Origin: Deltaproteobacteria bacterium
Lineage (GTDB): Bacteria; Myxococcota_A; Polyangia; DRWM01
Assembly: GCA_019310245.1 (NCBI GenBank)
Contig: JAFDER010000001.1
Span: 1-48,363, forward strand
Direction: 5' to 3'
Length of the DNA: 48,363 nt
The translations under genes and the position numbers were made by a program. The notes beneath the pieces are model-generated. The model was not told the origin of the DNA, searched no databases, and was given only the letters and a program-made list of their open reading frames with translations. This document shows, one piece after another, positions 41,936-48,363 of the stretch (positions within the stretch are counted from its first letter, which is position 1; each line of letters begins with the position of its first letter).

Positions 41936-42839
41936 AATGGGCGCATGTGCGGCCTGTCTCGTCCTCGCGATGGCGGCCTGTCCCCGTCCTTCGACGGCCG
42001 CACCGAAGGGCCCGTGCGAGAAGGGCGGGAGCCACGAGAGCAAGAAGCTCGATGCGGGCATCGTCCTTCACGAGGAGTCGTGCACGGATCCCGAGTACCA
42101 CGCCTTCATCGTGGAGATGGACCTCGACGCCCCGGGCTGGGACTTCACCGTCACGCCGTACAAGAACAGGCGCCGGACCACGAGTTCGTTCGCCGAGAAG
42201 TTCGGCGCGTACCTGGCGTTCAACGGCGGGTTCTGGGGCGGGGAGTGGGGAGGGTTCACGGTCTCGAACTCGGAGGTCTGGCCCAAGAATGCCGAGGACT
42301 TCGACTCGAGCACGGTCGTTGGATTCGGCTCGCGCGATGCCTCCGGCAGGTTGCGCGTGGAGATACGCCCGACCGAGGAGATGCTCACCGAGCCCCTGCC
42401 GTGGATGCGCCACGCCCTGACGGGGATCCCGCTCCTGCTCGATCAGGGGCAGCAGGTCGAGACGCAGATCGAGCACACGCTTTTCGTGCACAAGCATCCC
42501 CGCACGGCCCTCGGCCTGAGCAAGGACCGGGACACGGTCTGGATCTGCGTGATCGACGGCAGGCAGAAGGGCTGGAGCAAGGGTCTGAAGACGAGCCAGG
42601 TCGGCCGGCTGTTGCGCTCCTACGGGGCCTGGAGCGCCCTGAACCTCGACGGCGGCTCGTCCTCGACCCTCGTCGTGCCCTCTCTGGGCGGGCTCGTCAA
42701 CAATCCGTGCTACAAGAAGGCCGACGAGCGGGCCGTGCCCAACCACCTCGGCATCGTCCGCGTCAAGAAGAAGAAGGGGCCGCTGGCGCGGCTGCTCTCT
42801 CCGTTCGCAGCGCTCCTCGCGCTCGCGCGCGGCGTCTAG
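41922..42839 (+). CDS. phosphodiester glycosidase family (NAGPA/DUF2233-like) lipoprotein
   Basis: The signal peptide has LAMAAC. The sequence has AFNGGFW, HPRTALGLSKDRDTVWICVIDGRQ, GLKTSQVGRLLRSYGAWSALNLDGGSSSTL and VPNHLGI, which follow the NAGPA-domain pattern. Alternative starts lie at 41913 and 41937. Confidence 0.75.
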   Translation: MGIAKMGACAACLVLAMAACPRPSTAAPKGPCEKGGSHESKKLDAGIVLHEESCTDPEYHAFIVEMDLDAPGWDFTVTPYKNRRRTTSSFAEKFGAYLAFNGGFWGGEWGGFTVSNSEVWPKNAEDFDSSTVVGFGSRDASGRLRVEIRPTEEMLTEPLPWMRHALTGIPLLLDQGQQVETQIEHTLFVHKHPRTALGLSKDRDTVWICVIDGRQKGWSKGLKTSQVGRLLRSYGAWSALNLDGGSSSTLVVPSLGGLVNNPCYKKADERAVPNHLGIVRVKKKKGPLARLLSPFAALLALARGV

Positions 42840-42840
42840 A

Positions 42841-43076
42841 CCTGCTCTGCCAAGGTCCGCGTCACCCTGCTGCACGGGCGTGTCGGAACACGGGGCACTC
42901 TGGCACCGGGGAACTGTATGGTGCCTTCGACCCCGCGCCCCGACACGCCCTGGTCGCCCGGGGAACCAGCTGGGACCACGAGCACGGCAGGGCGAAGTGA
43001 AGTGTTCTCCCGACGTGGACGTTCCTGCGCTGCTCACATGCTGCCGGGTGTAGCGAGCCGAGGAGGGTTGTTCAGT
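42841..43076. repeat. mosaic intergenic repeat, copy C (rearranged)
   Basis: Segment 42904-42965 and the right ~70 bp match copy A (CACCGGGGAACTG.ATGGT.CCTTCGACCCCGCGCCCCG.CACGCCCTGGTCGCC.GGGGAAC and GCTGCTCACATG.TGCCG.GTGTAGCGA.CCGAGG). Segment 42966-43000 is the reverse complement of A 6746-6781. Copy C lacks the GTCGAAGGG module and the hairpin. Confidence 0.8.
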
Positions 43077-44172
43077 AGGCCTGGCCGGCCCTCAGGGCGC
43101 TCGTGACCAGCTTCCAGGGACGTTTGATTGGAGGCAGGCTCCTCCGCTTCGACAGGTGCCTGAAGTCGATCAGCTCGTATGGCCTCTGTCTCAGGGCCAT
43201 GTTGATGTAGGAGCGGTACCCTTCCCCGTCGCCTCCGATCTGGAACGGGGTGGGCGCCGAGAGGTGGATCGAGATCTTCTCCGCGAGAAAGTCGTTGACG
43301 GAGCGCGAGAAGTACTGGCCCTTCCACACGGCCGGCAGGTTTGCGAGGACCTCCTGCGCCGACGAGTTGGCCACGCGCAGGTGGAAGCGGTCGTCGCGGA
43401 GCATGGCGAATGGGAAGAGCCGGAAGTCGAACCCGTAGTAGGGCAGCTTGCTCGCGGCGACGATCCGGACCGGGCCGCGGTAGATCACCTCGCCCTTGAG
43501 GATCATCGGCCCCACGCGTTTGCCGTCGGGAGCGACGCGCCAGGCCGGACCTCCCTCGTTGAGGATCACGGCGTCGGGTGGCTTGTCCGTGAGGTACTGG
43601 GGCAGGCTGATGCCCGCGATGGCAAGGGCGTAGCCGGCAAGGCCCTCGGTGGCCTGGAAGGCCGGCGTGTTCGACGCGTGCTCGAGGATGATCCGGTAGC
43701 TGTTGAGAATGAGGGCGTCCAGCCCGATTCCGGCAAACGGCGCCACCTTGCCCTCGACGTCGATGAAGCGCATCGGCCGCGTGCGCGCTCCGTTCGCGGC
43801 GTAGTCGAGGTCGCGCTCGATGATCCGACGGTCGGGTTGCGCGGCGCCGAACGTCGAGGCCAGGGCATTGCCCGTTCCCAGCTTGAGCATCCCCAGCCGC
43901 GGCAGGTAGTTCTCGATGTCCTCGGCGTCGAGGTGCGTCTCGAGGTGGGTGGCGAACGCAGCGAACGTGCCGTCACCGCCGCCCGTGAGCACGGTCCTGT
44001 ACCGCCGGTCCACGATGGTCCTGACGATCCTGCGGGCATCGTTCATCGAGCGCGAAACGTACAGGTCCTTCGCCGGCACCAGGCTGCCCATGAGATCCAC
44101 GACGGCGTCGTTGACGCTCTTCGCGCATCCGTTGAGCACGACCGCCAGGTTGCTGTTCTGCGCACGGGCCAT
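43072..44172 (-). CDS. diacylglycerol/lipid kinase catalytic-domain (DAGK_cat/NAD-kinase-like) family protein
   Basis: The sequence has NSNLAVVLNG, YRTVLTGGGDGTF and GMLKLGTGNAL. The GGDGT loop and the GTGN motif are characteristic of this fold. Confidence 0.8.
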   Translation of the reverse strand: MARAQNSNLAVVLNGCAKSVNDAVVDLMGSLVPAKDLYVSRSMNDARRIVRTIVDRRYRTVLTGGGDGTFAAFATHLETHLDAEDIENYLPRLGMLKLGTGNALASTFGAAQPDRRIIERDLDYAANGARTRPMRFIDVEGKVAPFAGIGLDALILNSYRIILEHASNTPAFQATEGLAGYALAIAGISLPQYLTDKPPDAVILNEGGPAWRVAPDGKRVGPMILKGEVIYRGPVRIVAASKLPYYGFDFRLFPFAMLRDDRFHLRVANSSAQEVLANLPAVWKGQYFSRSVNDFLAEKISIHLSAPTPFQIGGDGEGYRSYINMALRQRPYELIDFRHLSKRRSLPPIKRPWKLVTSALRAGQAY

Positions 44173-44367
44173 TGCGCCCGTTCCTTACAGCAATCCCCGT
44201 GCCTCGGAGGGAGCCCGGGCAAGTTGCTGTGTTTACGTTGGGTTAGTGATTCGTGCCCGGCCGGTCTCCGGGAAGCGCGGGTACCAGGTGCGTGACCGAT
44301 TACGCGGCTGTGGGCGGCATCCGCCCTGCGTGTCGCTGGGTTTTCTCTTTGATTTCGAATGGATGGA

Positions 44368-45402
44368 TTAGAAGATCGCCTTCCAGCGGGATCTGAGCTG
44401 CTGCCTCGTCCGATCCACCACCTTGCGGTATGTCTCGCGTGGCGGGTCCTCGATCGTCTCGCACTCGCGTCCCAGCATCGTCCGGATGACGGCCTCGATG
44501 GAGAGCGCCTGGGCCTCGACGTTGTAGCCGCCCTCGAGCACGAACGCCAGCCGACCGCCGCACGTCTGCTTCGCGGCCACGTGCAGCATCCCCGTCATCG
44601 CCGCATAGCCGTCGTCGCTCAGGCGCATGGAGCCGAGGAGGTCGTCGCGGTGTGCATCGAAGCCGGCGCTGACGAGAACGAGTCCGGGATCGAACTCCTG
44701 CATCAGCGGCAGGATGGCCTCGCGCATCACGAACGCGTACTCCTCGTCGCCGGCGCCGGGCGGGAACGGGAAGTTCATCGTGTACCCCTGCCCCGCGCCG
44801 TGACCCACCTCCTCGCTCAGGCCGGACCCCGGATAGAAGGGCCACTGATGGGTGGAGACGTACATCACCCTCTCGTCCTCGTAGAAGGCGTCCTGGGTCC
44901 CGTTGCCGTGGTGCACGTCCCAGTCGAAGATGAGCACCCGTTCCACGGCGCCGGAGTCGAGGGCGGCACGGGCGGCCACCGCCACGTTGTTGAAGATGCA
45001 GAAGCCCATGGCCCGCGTGGGCGTCGCGTGATGGCCGGGAGGCCGGGGCAGCGCGAAGCCGAAGTCCCACGTGCGCTCGACCACCGACGCCACCATGTCC
45101 ACCGTTCCCCCGGCCGCGAGGAGCGATGCCAGCCTCGACCCCTCGGAGAAGAACGTGTCGGCGTCGAAACGGCCGGGGGCGGAGCGCATGTGCTCCAGTG
45201 CGCGGTCGACGTACTCTGGGGCGTGGTTCGCCGCCAGCTCCGCCCTCGTCGCCTCGCGGCCCTCGACGATCGTGGCCTTGCTCCACAGGCCGCTCTCGGT
45301 GAGCACGTCCCTGATCGCCTCGAGTCGCTCCGGGCACTCCGGGTGGTGGCTCACGTCGTGATGCTCGAGGAATGCGTCGTTGTAGAGGATGGCGAAGCCC
45401 AT
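44368..45402 (-). CDS. histone deacetylase-family (class II HDAC/acetylpolyamine amidohydrolase-like) enzyme
   Basis: The sequence has HPECPERL, LPRPPGHHA, FDWDVHHGNGTQ, SAGFDAH and LEGGY. These are the canonical Zn-deacetylase motifs. Confidence 0.9.
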   Translation of the reverse strand: MGFAILYNDAFLEHHDVSHHPECPERLEAIRDVLTESGLWSKATIVEGREATRAELAANHAPEYVDRALEHMRSAPGRFDADTFFSEGSRLASLLAAGGTVDMVASVVERTWDFGFALPRPPGHHATPTRAMGFCIFNNVAVAARAALDSGAVERVLIFDWDVHHGNGTQDAFYEDERVMYVSTHQWPFYPGSGLSEEVGHGAGQGYTMNFPFPPGAGDEEYAFVMREAILPLMQEFDPGLVLVSAGFDAHRDDLLGSMRLSDDGYAAMTGMLHVAAKQTCGGRLAFVLEGGYNVEAQALSIEAVIRTMLGRECETIEDPPRETYRKVVDRTRQQLRSRWKAIF

Positions 45403-45405
45403 GCG

Positions 45406-45819
45406 CTACACCAGATCGCTCTCGCAGAAGAAGAACGCGATCTCGCCCAGCGCCGTGTCCGTGGCATCCGAGCCGTGCACCGCGTTGTTCTGGACGTTCG
45501 TCCCGTACTGCGCCCTGATCGTCCCTTCCTCGGCCTTCGCCGGATCCGTGGCGCCCATGATCTGCCTGTTGCGCTGGATCGCGTCCTCGCCCTCGAGCAC
45601 CGTGACCATCACCGGCCCCGAGGTCATGAACGCGACGAGGCTCTCGAAGAAGGGACGCTCTGAGTGCACGGCGTAGAATGCGCGGGCCTGCTCGGCCGTG
45701 AGCCTGAGGGTCCGGGCTGCCCTGACGCGGAGGCCTCCCTTCTCGAGCAGGGCGATGATCGCCCCGATCCGGCCTGCGCCGTACGCATCCGGCTTGATGA
45801 TGGACAGGGTTCGTTGCAT
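45406..45819 (-). CDS. ndk: nucleoside diphosphate kinase
   Basis: The sequence has [31 protein letters not shown] and NAVHGSD. Confidence 0.95.
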   Translation of the reverse strand: MQRTLSIIKPDAYGAGRIGAIIALLEKGGLRVRAARTLRLTAEQARAFYAVHSERPFFESLVAFMTSGPVMVTVLEGEDAIQRNRQIMGATDPAKAEEGTIRAQYGTNVQNNAVHGSDATDTALGEIAFFFCESDLV

Positions 45820-45820
45820 C

Positions 45821-46693
45821 TCAAGCCATCTCTTTCTTCATCGTCTCGCCGATGAGGGCGGGCGTGACGGCCACGGCCGCGCCGGCCTCTCGTAGCGCCT
45901 CGATCTTCTCCTCGGCCGTTCCCTTGCCCTGCGAGATGATCGCGCCCGCATGTCCCATGCGCTTGCCGGGCGGTGCCGTGGCGCCGCTGATGAAGGCGGC
46001 GACCGGCTTCGTCATGTGATTCTTGATGAACGCGGCCGCCTCCTCCTCCGCGCTGCCGCCGATCTCGCCGATGAGAACAACGCCCTTCGTCTGCGGGTCC
46101 TTCTCGAAGAGCTCCAGGCAGGAGACGAAGTCGAGGCCGCCAACAGGGTCGCCTCCGATGCCGATGCAGGTGGACTGGCCCAGACCCAGCGCCGAGAGCT
46201 GGAAGACCGCCTCGTAGGTGAGGGTGCCCGAGCGGGAGATGAGGCCGATCGGCCCCGGTTCGTGGATGTAGGCGGGCATGATCCCCAGCTTGCACTGTCC
46301 CGGCGTGATCACGCCGGGGCAGTTGGGTCCCACCATGAGGGCGCCCCTGGCGTCGAGGTCTGCCCTGATCTTGACCATGTCGTTTGTCGGGATGCCCTCG
46401 GTGATCACCACGACGAGTCCGATGCCGGCGTCCAGCGCCTCGGCGATCGCGTCCGTTGCGAACGGCGCCGCCACGAAGATGATGGACGCGTCCGCACCCG
46501 TGGGTCCGACGGCCTCGTGCACCGAGTTGAAGATGGGAACCGAGTCCTCGAACCTGAGCCCGCCCTTGCCCGGAGCCACGCCCGCCACGATGCGCGTGCC
46601 GTACTCCAGCATGTTTCTTGAATGCAGGGATCCGTACTTGCCCGTGATGCCCTGGACGATCACCTTGGTGTCCCTGTCGACCAGGATGCTCAT
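45821..46693 (-). CDS. sucD: succinyl-CoA synthetase subunit alpha
   Basis: The sequence has [59 protein letters not shown] and MGHAGAII. Start chosen at ATG 46693 within track ORF 45821..47500. Confidence 0.95.
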   Translation of the reverse strand: MSILVDRDTKVIVQGITGKYGSLHSRNMLEYGTRIVAGVAPGKGGLRFEDSVPIFNSVHEAVGPTGADASIIFVAAPFATDAIAEALDAGIGLVVVITEGIPTNDMVKIRADLDARGALMVGPNCPGVITPGQCKLGIMPAYIHEPGPIGLISRSGTLTYEAVFQLSALGLGQSTCIGIGGDPVGGLDFVSCLELFEKDPQTKGVVLIGEIGGSAEEEAAAFIKNHMTKPVAAFISGATAPPGKRMGHAGAIISQGKGTAEEKIEALREAGAAVAVTPALIGETMKKEMA

Positions 46694-47898
46694 GCTCCAC
46701 CTCCCGTGGCGGCCCCGACCACCTTGCGCGCCGCCTCCTGCATGCCCGTCGCCGGGATGATGTCCAGGCCGGACTCCGAGAGGATCTTCTTCCCTTCCTC
46801 GACCTCGTTGCCCTCGAGCCGGACCACGAGGGGCACCGAGAGCCCGAGCTCGCGCGTCGCGCCCACCACCCCCTCCGCGATCACGCGGCAGCTCATGATG
46901 CCGCCGAAGATGTTGACGAGGATCGCCTTCACGTTCGGGTCCGAGAGGATGATCTTGAAGGCGCGCATGACGGCTTCCTGGTTGGCCGTGCCTCCCACGT
47001 CCAGGAAGTTGGCGGGCTCGCCTCCCTCGTACTTGATGATGTCCATGGTGGCCATGGCGAGCCCGGCACCGTTGACGAGGCAGCCGATGTTGCCATCGAG
47101 CTTGACGAACGAGAGGCCCACGCTCCTGGCCTCGAGCTCGACGGGATCCTCCTCGTGCTCGTCCGCGAGCTCCGCCCAGTCCCCGTGCCTGAAGGCCGCG
47201 TTGTCGTCCATCGTGATCTTCGCGTCGAGGGCCATGATATCGCCTGCCGTCGTGACCACGAGCGGGTTGATCTCGACGAGCGAGGCGTCCTCCGCGTCGA
47301 TGATGCGGCACATCGCCCATGCCAGCTTCGCGCACTGCTTGGCGGCTGCGCCCTCGAGGCCCAGGGCCGCTGCCAGCCTGCGGCCCACGTGGCCCATGTA
47401 GCCCGTGATCGGATCCACGTGGATGCGGACGATGGCCTCGGGCCGCTCGGCCGCTACCTTCTCGATCTCCACGCCTCCTTCCCTGCTCGCGATGAAGCAC
47501 TGCCGGCGCGTCGAGCGATCCACGAGCAGTCCCAGGTAGAACTGGGTCGTGAACTCCACGCCCTGCTCGATGAGCAGGCGCCGGATGATCTGCCCCTCCT
47601 TGTTCTGGATGGTGACGAGCCTGCCTCCCAGCATCTGCCTCGCCGCGGAGACGGCCTCGTCGGCGCCGGTGACCACGCGAACGCCCCCGCCGGTCTCCTT
47701 TCCGTCCAGCAGGACCGTGCCCTTGCCGCGCCCGCCGGCGTGGATCTGCGCCTTGACGACGACCCTGCCGCCGTTCTGCCCGGCGATCGCCCGTGCCGCA
47801 TTTTCGGCTTCGTCCAGCGAGAACGCTGACCTGCCCTCGGGGACGGGGATGCCGTGTTTCCTGAAGATGTCCTTGGCTTGATGTTCGTGAATCTTCAT
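46690..47898 (-). CDS. sucC: succinyl-CoA synthetase subunit beta
   Basis: The sequence has [61 protein letters not shown] and VNIFGGI. The SD GAGGAGG precedes ATG 47898. Confidence 0.95.
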   Translation of the reverse strand: MKIHEHQAKDIFRKHGIPVPEGRSAFSLDEAENAARAIAGQNGGRVVVKAQIHAGGRGKGTVLLDGKETGGGVRVVTGADEAVSAARQMLGGRLVTIQNKEGQIIRRLLIEQGVEFTTQFYLGLLVDRSTRRQCFIASREGGVEIEKVAAERPEAIVRIHVDPITGYMGHVGRRLAAALGLEGAAAKQCAKLAWAMCRIIDAEDASLVEINPLVVTTAGDIMALDAKITMDDNAAFRHGDWAELADEHEEDPVELEARSVGLSFVKLDGNIGCLVNGAGLAMATMDIIKYEGGEPANFLDVGGTANQEAVMRAFKIILSDPNVKAILVNIFGGIMSCRVIAEGVVGATRELGLSVPLVVRLEGNEVEEGKKILSESGLDIIPATGMQEAARKVVGAATGGGA

Positions 47899-47993
47899 CG
47901 CCTCCTCGCGCTTGTCTCGTGCTGGATGTCCCTCAAGGAACCGGACAATAACTCCTCCCGGCAGCCGGTGCAATCGTCGCCGGGCCCTTTGAA

Positions 47994-48023
47994 TTGACAC
48001 CTAGTTTGCCGGGCACGTATATT
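47994..48023 (+). promoter_or_regulatory. sigma70-like promoter candidate TTGACA-N18-TATATT
   Basis: The hexamers were read directly. The site lies 25 nt upstream of ATG 48049, and that gene has a strong AGGAGG SD. Confidence 0.45.
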
Positions 48024-48048
48024 CGTCCCGTCCCAGAAGGAGGCGCCC

Positions 48049-48261
48049 ATGAACACGCCAGGATTGCTCGTGCTCTGTCTATGTCTTGCCTGCGCCGCGT
48101 GCGGCCCGAAGTCGTCCTCGCTGTCGGGGACCACGACCAGCGGGGAGGCATCCATCACGGAGGTGCAGGATGTTTTGGACGACGAGACCGTGGCGGTGGA
48201 GGAAACGACGCTCGAGACGGTCGAGGACGAGGACGAGGAGATGGCGCCTCCCGAGGGCTAG
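48049..48261 (+). CDS. small acidic secreted protein/lipoprotein (70 aa)
   Basis: An AGGAGG SD lies 5 nt upstream of the ATG. The signal peptide is MNTPGLLVLCLCLACAAC. The mature part is Thr/Glu/Asp-rich. I recognise no family. Confidence 0.55.
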   Translation: MNTPGLLVLCLCLACAACGPKSSSLSGTTTSGEASITEVQDVLDDETVAVEETTLETVEDEDEEMAPPEG

Positions 48262-48273
48262 AGCACACGCCCG

Positions 48274-48298
48274 CCCGGGCATTTCCCCGTGGCCCGGG
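48274..48298 (+). terminator. GC hairpin (CCCGGGC-11 nt-GCCCGGG) after the small lipoprotein gene, with no U-tract
   Basis: The stem was read directly, 13 nt after the TAG. Without a T-run, a terminator function is uncertain. Confidence 0.3.
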
Positions 48299-48304
48299 AT
48301 TGCC

Positions 48305-48363
48305 GCGAGCTTGACCTGAGCTAGACGAAGGGCTTGTCGAACGGCCTGTTTTCCAGAAATCGC
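48305..48363. repeat. mosaic intergenic repeat, copy D (diverged, truncated by the window edge)
   Basis: GAGCTTGACCTGAGCTAGACGAAGGGCTTGTCGAACGGCCTG parallels GAGCTTGCCCTGAGCCTGTCGAAGGGCCTGTCGAAGGGC of copies A and B. Confidence 0.6.

Noticed and set aside
44173-44367. The 195-bp spacer between the HDAC-family gene and the DAGK-like gene contains short GC hairpins (GGGCGG-CAT-CCGCCC at about 44313-44327; CCCGG...CCGGG at about 44257-44273).
   Set aside because: There is no U-tract and no convincing -35/-10 pair, and I recognise no riboswitch motif. It is left unannotated rather than called a terminator or ncRNA.
1-48363. Evidence for a mobile genetic island, prophage or defence island (integrase, transposase, toxin-antitoxin, restriction-modification, reverse transcriptase, Cas).
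   Set aside because: None of the credible CDSs shows such signatures, and composition looks uniform apart from short AT-rich promoter islands. The window reads as core chromosome with small non-autonomous repeats.

Overview
This is a GC-rich, densely coding bacterial chromosomal segment with about 44 protein genes. Most are tightly packed or joined by 4-bp stop/start overlaps. I recognise no rRNA, tRNA, CRISPR array, transposase, integrase or phage gene. The marker content suggests a Myxococcota-like deltaproteobacterium (inference only): a CdnL C-terminal domain, a bactofilin, an AgmX/PglI-type TonB-C protein, a Stig1-like Cys-rich lipoprotein and many lipobox proteins. Most genes are housekeeping: pyrE, purM, pgi, lpxC, an lptD-like gene, rpsP-KH-rimM-trmD, rdgB, mutS2, ndk and sucCD. 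They are interleaved with envelope and secreted-protein genes. Five things stand out. (1) A minus-strand operon at 18822-23248 encodes a GtrB-like GT2, a radical-SAM enzyme with an extra C-terminal Cys cluster region, and a GT4. It ends at a 357-aa lipoprotein built from six Cys-rich repeats (65 Cys by hand count). This is my best candidate for an undescribed maturation or glycoconjugate system, but the link between its parts is inference. (2) A mosaic, hairpin-rich intergenic repeat family has four copies in this window. All four lie directly after stop codons at 3' gene ends. Its modules are shuffled and inverted between copies. (3) A 175-bp intergenic insert is bounded by 16-bp inverted repeats that touch both flanking stop codons. 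(4) A TPR-lpxC-SPS-like GT-P-loop kinase operon is translationally coupled. (5) Several AT-rich promoter-like islands place the -10 box only 6-9 nt from the start codon, which suggests leaderless mRNAs. The many long out-of-frame and antisense ORFs in the six-frame track are high-GC artefacts and were rejected.
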